From the NCBI RefSeq assembly GCF_006345805.1, contig NC_043019.1, positions 32,815,657 to 32,879,656 on the forward strand: DNA of 64,000 bases, given 5' to 3'. The position numbers and the translations under genes are program-made. Shown here one piece after another: positions 25,801-37,950 of this stretch. How positions within the stretch are numbered: the first letter of the stretch is position 1; every line of letters begins with the position of its first letter. The notes under the pieces are model-generated. The model ran no database searches and was not told the DNA's origin. It saw nothing but the letters and a program-made list of their open reading frames with translations. The stretch comes from Octopus sinensis. Taxonomy: Eukaryota.

Positions 25801-28800
25801 TGTCTGGTGCTTTTTATGTGCCACTGGCAAGGGTGCAAATCAAACAGCACTGGCGTCAGCCGTGACTACAACCTCACTTGTATGGTGCTTTTTATGTGCC
25901 ACTGGCAAGGGTGCCAATCAAACAGCACTGGCGTCAGCCGTGACTACAACCTCACTTGTATGGTGCTTTTTATGTGCCACTGGCAAGGGTGCCAGTCAAA
26001 CAGCACTGGTGTCAGCCGTGACTACAACCTCACCTGTATGGTGCTTTTTATGTGCCACTGGCAAGGGTGCCAGCCAAACAGCACTGGCGTCAGCCGTGAC
26101 TACAACCTCACTTCTATGGAGGTTTTTATGTGCCACTGGCAAGGGTGCCAATCAAACAGCACTGGTGTCAGCCGTGACTACAACCTCACTTGTATGGTGC
26201 TTTTTATTTGCCAGTCAAACAGCACTGGCATCAGCCGTGACTACAACCTCACCTGTATGGTGCTTTTTATGTGCCACTGGCAAGGGTGCCAGTCAAACAG
26301 CCCTGGCATCAGCCGTGACTACAACCTCACTTGTATGGTGGTTTTTATGTGCCACTGGCAAGGGTGCCAATCAAGCAGCACTGGCGTCAGCCGTGACTAC
26401 AACCTCACTTGTATGGTGCTTTTTATGTGCCACTGGCAAGGGTGCCAGTCAAACAGCACTGGCGTCAGCTGTGACTACAACCTCACCTGTATGGTGCTTT
26501 TTATGTGCCACTGGCAAGGGTGCCAGTCAAACAGCACTGGCGTCAGCAACCTCACTTGTATGGTGCTTTTTATGTGGCACTGGCAAGGGTGCCAATCAAA
26601 CGGCACTGGCGTCAGCCGTGACTACAACCTCACTTGTATGGTGGTTTTTATGTGCCACTGGCAAGGGTGCCAATCAAACAGCACTGGCGTCAGCCGTGAC
26701 TACAACCTCACTTGTATGGTGCTTTTTATGTGCCACTGGCAAGGGTGCCAGTCAAACAGCCCTGGCATCAGCCGTGACTACAACCTCACTTGTATGGTGG
26801 TTTTTATGTGCCACTGGCAAGGGTGCCAATGAAACAGCACTGGCGTCAGCCGTGACTACAACCTCACTTGTATGGTGCTTTTTATGTGCCACTGGCAAGG
26901 GTGCCAGTCAAACAGCCCTGGCATCAGCCGTGACTACAACCTCACTTGTATGGTGGTTTTTATGTGCCACTGGCAAGGGTGCCAATCAAACAGCACTGGC
27001 GTCAGCCGTGACTACAACCTCACTTGTATGGTGCTTTTTATGTGCCACTGGCAAGGGTGCCAGTCAAACAGCACTGGCGTCAGCCGTGACTACACCCTCA
27101 CCTGTATGGTGCTTTTTATGTGCCACTGGCAAGGGTGCCAATCAAACAGCACTGGCGTCAGCCGTGACTACAACCTCACCTGTATGGTGCTTTTTATGTG
27201 CCACTGGCAAGGGTGCCAGTCAAACAGCACTGGCGTCAGCCGTGACTACACCCTCACCTGTATGGTGCTTTTTATGTGCCACTGGCAAGGGTGCCAATCA
27301 AACAGCACTGGCGTCAGCCGTGACTACAACCTCACCTGTATGGTGCTTTTTATGTGCCACTGGCAAGGGTGCCAGTCAAACAGCACTGGCGTCAGCCGTG
27401 ACTACAACCTCACTTGTATGGTGCTTTTTATGTGCCATTGGCAAGGGTGCCAATCAAACAGCACTGGCGTCAGCCGTGACTACAACCTCACCTGTATGGT
27501 GCTTTTTATGTGCCACTGGCAAGGGTGCCAGTCAAACAGCACTGGCGTCAGCCGTGACTACAACCTCACTTGTATGGTGCTTTTTATGTGCCATTGGCAA
27601 GGGTGCCAATCAAACAGCACTGGCGTCAGCCGTGACTACAACCTCACTTGTATGGTGCTTTTTTTGTGCCACTGGCAAGGGTGCAAATCAAACAGCACTG
27701 GCGTCAGCCCTGACTACAACCTCACTTGTATGGTGGTTTTTATGTGCCACTGGCAAGGGTGCCAATCAAACAGCACTGGCGTCAGCCGTGACTACAACCT
27801 CACTTGTATGGTGCTTTTTATGTGCCACTGGCAAGGGTGCCAGTGAAACAGAACTGGTATCAGCCGTGACTACAACCTCACCTGTATGGTGCTTTTTATG
27901 TACCTCTGGCAAGGGTGCCAATCAAACAGCACTGGCGTCAGCCGTGACTACAACCTCACTTGTATGGTGGTTTTCATGTGCCACTGGCAAGGGTGCCAAC
28001 CAAACAGCACTGGCGTCAGCCGTGACTACAACCTCACTTGTATGGTGCTTTTCATGTACCACTGGCAAGGGTGCCAATCAAACAGCACTGGCATCAGCCG
28101 TGACTACTACTTCACCTGTATGGTGCTTTTTATGTGCCACTGGCAAGGGTGCCAGTCAAACAGCCCTGGCATCAGCCGTGACTACAACCTCACTTGTATG
28201 GTGGTTTTTATGTGCCACTGGCAAGGGTGCCAATGAAACAGCACTGGCGTCAGCCGTGACTACAACCTCACTTGTATGGTGCTTTTTATGTGCCACTGGC
28301 AAGGGTGCCAGTCAAACAGCACTGGCGTCAGCCGTGACTACAACCTCACCTGTATGGTGGTTTTTATGTGCCACTGGCAAGGGTGCCAGTCAAACAGCAC
28401 TGGCGTCAGCCGTGACTACAACCTCACATGTATGGTGGTTTTTATGTGCCACTGGCAAGGGTGCCAATCAAACAGCACTGGCGTCAGCCGTGACTACAAC
28501 CTCACTTGTATGGTGCTTTTTATGTACCACTGGCAAGGGTGCCAGTCAAACAGCACTGGCATCAGCCGTGACTACAACCTCACTTGTATGGTGGTTTTTA
28601 TGTGCCACTGGCAAGGGTGCCAATCAAACAGCACTGGCGTCAGCCGTGACTACAACCTCACTTTTATGGTGCTTTTTATGTGCCACTGGCAAGGGTGCCA
28701 GTCAAACAGCACTGGTGTCAGCCGTGACTACAACCTCACCTGTATGGTGCTTTTTATGTGCCACTGGCAAGGGTGCCAGCCAAACAGCACTGGCGTCAGC

Positions 28801-29313
28801 CGTGACTACAACCTCACTTGTATGGTGGTTTTTATGTGCCACTGGCAAGGGTGCAAATCAAACAGCACTGGCGTCAGCCCTGACTACAACCTCACTTGTA
28901 TGGTGCTTTTTATGTGCCACTGGCAAGGGTGCCAGTCAAACAGCACTGGCGTCAGCCGTAACTACAACCTCACCTGTATGGTGCTTTTTATGTGCCACTG
29001 GCAAGGGTGCCAGTCAAACAGCCCTGGCATCAGCCGTGACTACAACCTCACTTGTATGGTGGTTTTTATGTGCCACTGGCAAGGGTGCCAATCAAACAGC
29101 ACTGGCGTTAGCCGTGACTACAACCTCACTTGTATGGTGCTTTTTATGTGCCACTGGCAAGGGTGCCAGTCAAACAGCACTGGCGTCAGCCGTGACTACA
29201 ACCTCCCTTGTATGGTGCTTTTTATGTGCCACTGGCAAGGGTGCCATTCAAACAGCACTGGCATCAGCCGTGACTACAACCTCACTTGTATGGTGCTTTC
29301 TATGTGCCACTGG
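22823..29313. repeat. 78-bp satellite, about 83 units, intronic in EFR3
   Basis: unit gactacaacctcacttgtatggtgctttttatgtgccactggcaagggtgccagtcaaacagcactggcgtcagccgt; 26-aa periodicity in the ORF track. Confidence 0.98.
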
Positions 29314-29538
29314 TGCTTTTCATGTGCCAGTTACATAACACTGGCATTGGCCAGACTATGATCTCACTTACGGCATTGGACACAGCTACGATTTCACTTG
29401 GCTTGGCAGGTCTTTTCAAACACAGCACAAATGATAGTATTTTTTTTCCTAGTAATAAATCTTTCAAAATTGATGCTACTTATCTACTCTAGAGAATTCT
29501 GTATGTCTTATCATATTCCTGTCTCTTTTTCTCAACAG

Positions 29539-29669
29539 TTACCCGATTGATTTCACGCTCCGAGAGAACTGGTTGTTCTCCCAGAAAGCCATAGCCGAGA
29601 GCTTACAGAACAATGGTCACGATACTGCTGGTTTGGATGTTCCTTTCAGTCTGAGACCTCTTGGTATAG
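29539..29669 (+). CDS. EFR3: EFR3 exon (S)YPIDFTLRENWLFSQKAIAESLQNNGHDTAGLDVPFSLRPL(GI); donor after 29663 or 29669
   Basis: caacag| acceptor; similar to LYFLTNKIAESLGGSGYSVERLSVPY; both candidate donors are phase 1. Confidence 0.87.
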
Positions 29670-31889
29670 GTTCGTAGACGCTATTTTTTTCCTTCTCTCT
29701 CATTTTCCACCTATTTGCTCTGCACTTTCTCATCCAACTTTTATTTCTCCTTCCTTTATGCATATACATATATCATCGCCATCATCATTTAACACTCGCT
29801 TTCCATACTGGCACGGGATTAGATGGTTTGATTGGAACTGTCAAACTGGAGAGCTGCACCAGGTTTGGTGGCTGCCCCCTCGTTATCGAGTATGGCCATT
29901 GCATGAAGCTTAATCAATGTTGTTATCGTGCAATGCCTGTGCAAGAAGATTTTTTTTTAAAGTGAGGAAAGGCTGTGCTCTGAGTCAATCTCACTCACTA
30001 AGCAACAGCAGCCATAATCCAAAAAGAAGAACAAGTCAACATCATCGGTAACCACTGAGCCGCAGATTTATATCGGAGTTATCCCAGTTACCTGAGTTAC
30101 CTTCTCCTAGAATGATGCCCTAACAAAGGCTAGGAGTCCTTCACTCCCAATGGTTTAACTGCGCGATCGGGTATTCAGTCCGATTATTTCTATGTCTCCA
30201 CGCATGATACAGCCTTAAGACATTTATTGGATGGCCGTTGACTCTCAAGAGTTCCTCCGCATTTTGACAGGTTTTGTTTTTCATCCCGCAGGGTGACCAA
30301 TAAACACCCTCCTCACCAAGCAAGCTTGGTGGGGTTGCCGGTTTAGTCGCCGATGACCCGACCATGCAACAGGTTGTACTGGGTTACATGTTACCAGTAG
30401 CACTCGAAAGTGACCTGACTAGGTTTACATGCATGCATGCATACATACATACACATGAAGCGGGAGGGTGTACTGAAAAGTTCCTGGCTTTAAGAGTGTT
30501 GCGAAAGGCCTGTTTGGAAACCCAACCTTCCGAGTTCCTTCATGAGGCTCTGCAAAACTGAAGGCTTGCTGCATTAAGTATGTGAATCCGAGAGAGGAAT
30601 CATCATCGTTTAACGTCCGCTTTCCATGCTAGGATGAGTTGGACGGTTCGACTGGGGTCTGGGAAGCCAGGAGGCTGCACCAGACTCCAGTCTGATCTGG
30701 CAGTGTTTCTACAGCTGGTTGTCCTTCCTAACGCTAATATGTTGAGTAAAATCATAATTAACTGATCCCCTTGTATTTCATTTTACCCAAAGCCAGGAAC
30801 TTTTCAGCACCCACTTCTAATTACACACACACATACACACGCATACACACACACACACACACACATATATATATCTATATATACACAGATACACACATCC
30901 ATGCAAATATACATTTCTGTATACATACATTTATATTTCAAACAATTACAAAGAACACAGAGACTGGTGTGTCATCAGATTTTTCTTTTGATTTTGTAAT
31001 TGGTCATACTTCATAATTATTTGATTATATTATACCTTAATTAGTATGACTAACTGTAAAATTAAAAGAAATACTAGACAATGTACTAGTCTCTATATTA
31101 TTTGTAATGTTTTGAAATTTACACTTCTGGTAATATTCCTAATCCAGAGAAGCGAACCCAGAGTTACCCATCAGAAGAATTATTGCAGGATTTCTCAGAC
31201 TAAGCAATCATCATCATCATCATCATCAACAACCGTTTTCCATGCTAGCATGGGTTGGACGTTTCGACCGGGGTCTGGGAAGCCAGGAGGCTGCACCAGG
31301 CTCCAGTCTGATCTGGCAGTGTTTCTACAGCTGGATGCCCTTCCTAACACCAACCACACCGTGAGTGTAATGGGTGCTTTTTACGTGCCACCGTCACAGG
31401 TGCCAGGGGAGGCTGGCAACAGCCACGATCAGTTGGTGCTTTTTACGTGCCCCAACCGATTGTAGCTGTTGCCAGCCTCCTCGGCCTCCTGTGCTGGTGG
31501 CACATAAAAAGCACCCACTACACTCACGGTGTGGTTGGTGTTAGGAAGGGCATCCAGCTATAGAAACACTGCCAGATCAGACTGGAGCCTGGTGCAGCAG
31601 TCTGATCTGGCAGTGTTTCTACAGCTGGATGCCCTTATCATTGATATTTATTGCTACTGGATGTGGTTAACTGTAACCTGGAATATATGTACCACAGAAC
31701 TATCACAGTACCTGCCTAGATAATTTATCCCTATATACTTACCTTACACACACACACACACACACATGTATACACATACTTACAAATATACATATGTATA
31801 TAACGCAAATATTGTGGCTGGTGCTAGCGGCCATGCTGGGGCACCACCGTTCGGTGTTGCTACATGATTTTACTTCACGAATGCTTTTT

Positions 31890-32115
31890 AGCAATTGACA
31901 TTTGGTGCATGAGAGAGTTTGATGCAGCTGCCCTCATCTGCACCTCCTGCCATGAAGTTGGTTCATCTGGGACACCTGACAGGAAGAGGTCCAGCTTTAT
32001 TTGAAAGACATCTGCATCCACCCTATGCAGGTCTCTCAGGTCCTTCGGGAGGATATTGAAGAGCTGTGGACCTCTGAAGCCCAGGCTATCGCAGTATCTT
32101 GTCCTACATCTTGAT
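31890..32115 (-). mobile_element. CR1/L2-type LINE 3' fragment
   Basis: YCDSLGFRGPQLFNILPKDLRDL...KLDLFLSGVPDEP. Confidence 0.7.
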
Positions 32116-32327
32116 TCATAATAAATTCATAATGTTTATGAATTTGAAATTTTTTTTCAACTCCATTTCACTGTAGTCGTAGATACTTCCTTAGGTGTTG
32201 CATTCTTGTTTCTGCACCTTTCCATGATCGCATGGGTTGGAGCAAATTTGTTGAAGTTAATTTTCAAGAGAAATGTGTTTGCCTGCCATCCTTTCAAAGT
32301 CAGTGAAATAAATACCAGTTATGCATT

Positions 32328-32818
32328 AGTACTTGCAAGCATCCTCCAGGTCCTCGCCCACGAGAGATATTGGCTGCCAGATGTCAGTTGGAACCAATGA
32401 CCTCATCACCTTTGACTTGGCGGTATTGATTCGGAGACCAACCGCGGCTGCTGCCGCTTGAACATCCTCCCTTCCATCTGTCCTTCTGCAATGGCGCTTG
32501 CGGTGGTTTGGCCATGTATGTAGGTGTCCGGTGGGTGAACTGAGCTGTGATGTCCTTCTCCCCACTCCACTTCCCAACTGGCGGAAACGCGCGGGCGGGC
32601 AGCTGAAGACCTGGGTTACGACAATCAAGGAGGACCTCTCCAAGCTCACGGGTCCACAGGTGGTCAGCCTGCGCCGATGGAACCGTGACTGGCTCGCTAT
32701 CTCCAGTGAACTGGCGCAGGAGCTGCCATGGTTCGAATGCCTCGAGGGTGGTAGAAGAAGCCGACTCAGAACGCCCAGGGTGAATATCGCCACAAGCACA
32801 AGTAGCAAGTACTTGCAA
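32328..32818. mobile_element. RTE-type LINE insertion with inverted 5' segment and 11-bp TSD
   Basis: - strand GLRINTAKSKVM, + strand LRWFGHVCR...KTW; AGTACTTGCAA at 32328 and 32808. Confidence 0.7.
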
Positions 32819-33147
32819 ACAGATGAGGGCTGGTGACAGCAAAGGTAACTTGGCAGAATTTGAACTCAGAACATAAAGCTGAATGAAATGCCGCTAAGCA
32901 TTTTGCCCAGCATGCTAACAATTCTGCCAGCTCACCATTCTTTCATTCTCTTCATATGAAAAAAAAAAGATTGCTCTGACATGTTTCATGGCTGGTTGGC
33001 CACTCTTCAGAGGACAAGCTTCTCCCACCCATCTGCTTACAGAGAGAACTATGTAGCAATCACTATTTAAATCAGTCAAAAACTAGTTCCTGACTATAAT
33101 GCTTAGATTGATGTACATATCATGCAATTGTGGTATTCATTTTTCAG

Positions 33148-33239
33148 GTGACACCAGTGATATGACACACAGCACAAGCGATATCCATTCGGTGAACCTG
33201 GATTTTGATAGCACTAATGGATCACCTACAGTACCAAAG
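33148..33239 (+). CDS. EFR3: EFR3 exon (G)DTSDMTHSTSDIHSVNLDFDSTNGSPTVPK
   Basis: ttttcag|...|gtaagt; phase 1 to 0 fits both neighbours; position matches the SIVDTVSIQVD region. Confidence 0.82.
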
Positions 33240-33628
33240 GTAAGTTTGGTAGAAGCAAAAAAAAAAATAATGTGGGAGCCTCTACATAGTCATTCGACCT
33301 GCTAGAAATAGCAGTCAAATCTCTCCTCAAACCCTACCTCTTTCTTTTTCTTTCTCTCTTTTACTTGTTTCAGTCATTTGACTGCGGCCATGCTGGAGCA
33401 CCGCCTTTAGTCGAGCAACTCGACTGTAGGACTTATTCATTGTAAGCCCAGTACTTATTCTATCGGTCTCTTTTGCCGAACCGCTAAGTGACGGGGACGT
33501 AAACACATCAGCATCAGTTATCAAGCGATGTTGGGGGGGACAAACACAGACACGCAAACATATACATACATACATACATACATACATACATACATACACA
33601 CATACACACATACACACATACACACACA

Positions 33629-33718
<90 letters not shown>

Positions 33719-34479
33719 TATGCGATGGGCTTCTTTCAGTTTCTGTCTACCAAATCCACTCAAGGCTTTGGTTGCCCAAGGCTATAGTAGAAGGCACTTG
33801 CCCAAGGTGCCACGCAGTGGGACTGAACCCGGAACCATGTGGCTCGTAAGCAAGCAACTTACCACACAGCCACTCCTACGCCTATACCCTGTCTTTTTTT
33901 TTAATATTATGCTCTAAGACTACACTGCTTCATGTAGTCCTGAAATAAACAAAGCAAGTACAGGACTAGAACTTCTTCGATGGAAGGTTTACTGGATCAT
34001 CACGGGCCTGTGACTGAACAACCAGTTAAAGATTCAACAACCTGCAGTCACCTATTATAAATTATTTTTAACCGGAAGTCAGCTCAGGTCAAGCTGGCCT
34101 CTGATCAAAGGTGTTCGCTCTATGGCAATCATGTTCTTGCTTTTCCTGTTGGTTGGCATTTGATGTAGATTTGGTTACCGAGCAACCACTTAATGGCTCT
34201 GTAGTTCATCATATAGAGTCCTTCCGTTATTCTGTTTCTTATTTCAGTCATTTCACTGCGAACATGCTGGAGCACTACCCTAAAGAGGGTCTTTTAGTTG
34301 AACAAATCGACCCCAGGACTTATTCTTTGTAAGACTAGTACTTATTCTATAGACCTCTTTTGCCAAACTGCTAAGTTACAGGGACATAAACCCACCAACA
34401 TTGACTGTGAAGCAGTGGTGGGGGACAAACAAAGACACACACACACAAATATATGCATATATATATATATATATATATT

Positions 34480-36790
34480 ATATTAAAAAAGGAAAATACA
34501 CACACTTAAATAGTTTTAATATAATTTTTAATATATCGATTGGTTTCGCTATCGCTATTCATGATATTATGTTTTACTTATTTGAATATATATTTTTTCT
34601 TAAGAAGAAATTTTGTCCATGTTGTGTGTGATGTAATTCACGAGTGAATGACTTCACAAGTAGTTGAATAAAGAGAGGTAATTGGTTGTCGTTATTATTG
34701 TTATTTATTGTTATTTATTTCTGTAATGGGAGGGGAATATATATGTGTACGGACTGAGACAAATTTCAAAAACCTTGTTTAGTGAGGGGATTTATGTACA
34801 GTGTTGTAATCGTGAATTGAAATATGTAAAAAGATAAAATTTGGTTATATGTGCATATTAAGACATGTTTTGTATTTTTCAATGAAAAAAGTTTCTTTAT
34901 TTAAATGTTCTCGTTGAGAGATTGTGTCTTTGCACTGGTAGAAAGGGAAGACTGTGAACTTTTGTTTGTTATCGGCATATTTTTCTATGTTCACTGAGAG
35001 GAATTTGTCATGGTCATACTTGTTTGTCGAGTTTAGTGGTGTCTGCAACCTGAGCAGGTTATTACATAAATTAGGTTTTCAGAGGCACAATTGAAACTAG
35101 TTTTAATTCTGAACCTCTGTCCTTTGAAAAGGAAATCCAAGCCGTCAAGCAGTTTGGGCGTCCACATTTTTCAACTGTTGGTTTCGTGGTTGTTTTGTAA
35201 AGCTTCGCATTTGTTAGTAGTCTCTTTAGCGATTTGTCTTGTATTTTTTGCACGTGATGAGTTTGTGTGTTTTCAGGATGTCGTTCATTTTTTAATCTCT
35301 AGCTAGTAAAGGAAGAGTTTGCGCAATAGTGTTGAATGCATCACTGTGTCTGGGGTTGTGCATTGATATAAATAATAATGTTTTGAGTTGAGGTGTGGTG
35401 TTATATTTTGTTGTTCTTAGTGTTTTTGTGTTTAATTGTTTGGCACGTTTAATTCCCTTGTCGATAAGTGAGGGTGGATATTGTCTTTCAATAAGCGTTG
35501 TTTTGAGGTCTTGAAGACAAAGGTCCCGAGTTGTTCTATCAGACACTATTGTGCAAATCCTTTTTGCTAAATTGAAAGGGATGTTTATTTTGATGTGTTT
35601 CGGGTGGCATGAGTTAAAGGGAAGATATTATTTTGAATCAGTTGGCTTGTAATAAATGTCAGTTATGATTTCATTGTTAACTTTTTTTATCATGATGTCT
35701 AAAAATGGGAGTTGTTCTTTGTTATATTCCATTATGAATTGACTGTTACTATTTATATCATTTACTGTTGATTTGAAGTCCAAAAGTTTGTCGATGTTCT
35801 CCTTCCAAATGATAAAGCAGCCAATTTTCTCTTATGTAGAGGTAAAATGGGTAACCATATTTCTGAAGTGATACTTCATATAAGGTGAATTCAAAATAAC
35901 CCATTATTAGGTTCGCAAGAACCGGAGCTGCTTTTGTTCCCATCGCAATTCCGCATTTCTGACGATAGTATGTGTCATCAAATAGGAAATAATTGTTCTG
36001 AAGTATAAATTTTAAGGATTCAATAATAAAGATCTAGTTTATGCATTCCGGGAGGACTTTGGGGTACTTTTCCAACCAGAATTTAATTGCTTTTATTCCA
36101 TAGTCATGGGGGATGTTGGTGTAAAGATTAATAACATCAAAGGTAACCAATATTGCCTCTTCATTAATTGTTTTTAGTAGGTGTTCTAGCATGTCTAAAT
36201 CATCTCTCTTTTACTCTTTTACTTGTTTCAGTCATCTGACTGCGGCCATGCTGGAGCACCGCCTTTAATCGAGCAACTCGACCCCGGGACTTATTCTTTT
36301 GTAAGCCCAGTACTTATTCTATCGGTCTCTTTTGCTGAACCGCTAAGTAACGGGGACATTAACACACCAGCATTGGTTGTCAAGCAATGCTAGGGGGACA
36401 AACACAACCACACACACGCATATATACGACGGGCTTCTTCAGTTTCCGTCTACCAAATCCACTCACAAGGCTTTGGTTGGCCCGAGGCTATAGTAGAAGA
36501 CACTTGCCCAAGGTGCCACGCAGTGGGATTGAACCCGGAACCATGTGGTTGGTAAGCAAGCTCCTTACCACACAGCCACTAATGAAACTTTTGATGTATT
36601 TCAGCAAGGGTTTCAGTAGGATGTCTAGAAAATTGCTTAGGTGTGGGTTTCACAGGCTGGCCCAGCTACAATGGGTCTTAAAGTCAAGTCTTCTGGCGTT
36701 CTTGTTAAGATGGTTGAGGTGTTATTTGAGAGAGATTTAGTTGCTATATCTATCTGGTTCAGCAGCAGTGTAGAGGTGCATTTATTGGCT
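34480..36790 (-). mobile_element. Second, degraded Penelope-like element interrupted by a SINE (36206-36580)
   Basis: fragments LRPIVAGPACETH, GTKAAPVLANLIMGY, VEKCGRPNC, FTVFPFYQC...KETFFIEKY parallel the 45.7-47.7 kb copy. Confidence 0.88.
34533..34567 (-). ncRNA. Hammerhead-like motif, A3:U8 variant, downstream of the second Penelope ORF
   Basis: minus strand ATATC-ATGAATA-GC gata GC-GAAA-CCAA-TC/GATAT; stem III imperfect. Confidence 0.55.
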
Positions 36791-37403
36791 CTTATGCTGT
36801 ATGTGGTATAGTACACTGCAGTGTGAGTGGTGTGATGTACACTGCGGTGAGAGCAGTGTGTTCTAGTACACTGCAGCATGAGTGGTGCATTATAGTACAC
36901 TGCAGAATGAATATGGCATGGTATACTAGTGTCGTGTAGTATACAACAATGTACTTTGAGTGGTATACTGTGTGTTGTAGTACATTAGGTTATGGTATGC
37001 GAGCTGGCAGAAGGTGGCGGGCTGGCAGAAACGTTAGCATGCAGGGCGAAATGCGTAGCCATATTTCGTCTGCCGTTATGTTCTGAGTTCAAATTCCGCC
37101 GAGGTCGACTTTGCCTTTCATCCTTTCGGGGGTCGATTAATTAAGTACCAGTTGCGCACTGGGGTCGATATAATCGACTTAATCCATGTGTGGGTTTACA
37201 TATTGTATGATGAAATTTTGGTAGGAAGTATGGTATGATGAAAATTTCGTGTGGTTTGGTGTAATGCTTGGCATACTGTTATGTGATATCAAGCAATGCA
37301 TTGTCATGTTGTGTGATATGCTGCGGTGTATCACACCTCCATATGTCGTAGCTAAATATACGATTGTTTATCTATAACTAAGTGTATTTGTTTCTGTTTC
37401 CAG

Positions 37404-37446
37404 AAAGTTGATGATGTCACGTTCGATGCACTCAAGAAAATGCTCA
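37404..37446 (+). CDS. EFR3: EFR3 exon KVDDVTFDALKKML
   Basis: ttccag|...|gtaagt; similar to EEITFEALKKAI; phase 0 to 1. Confidence 0.9.
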
Positions 37447-37875
37447 GTAAGTTCCTTTGTTTGATATTGGCTCTCTTTTACTCTTTACTCTTTACTCTTT
37501 TACTTGTTTCAGTCATGTGACTGTGGCCATGCTGGAGCACCGCCTTTAGTACATTGTTATCTTGTGGTTGTTATATGCAACTCATAAAAGCATAGTAAAT
37601 GTTGTTTTCGAATTTTGCAGGACGCAACTAAGTTGATTACATTGACCCACCCCCCAGCACTCAGCTGGTGCTTATTTTACTGACCTTGGAAAGAGGAGAG
37701 GCCAAGTTGACCTCGGTGGAATTTCAACTCAGAACATAAAGACAGACGAAATGCCATTTAAGCATTTTGCCCAATGAATCTACCAACTTGCTGCCTTATG
37801 CAAAGAAAATATTGCTGTGGATTGTATGTCCTGGATTAGTTGTTTTATTCACAAAAGTAGAATGGAATTACCAGG

Positions 37876-37950
37876 ATGTTCCAATTAGCAATGTTCCAAT
37901 TAGCAATGTTCCAATTAGCAATGTTCCAATTAGCAATGTTCCAATTAGCA
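37876..37950. repeat. 15-bp tandem repeat atgttccaattagca x5
   Basis: direct reading. Confidence 0.95.

Noticed and set aside
22808-29338. 2176-aa ORF and overlapping Cys/Met-rich ORFs
   Set aside because: Translation of a 78-bp satellite inside an EFR3 intron; it switches frame at a 1-bp deletion
30932-30985. CTGATGA on the minus strand with a downstream GAAA
   Set aside because: No consistent stem I or stem II closure
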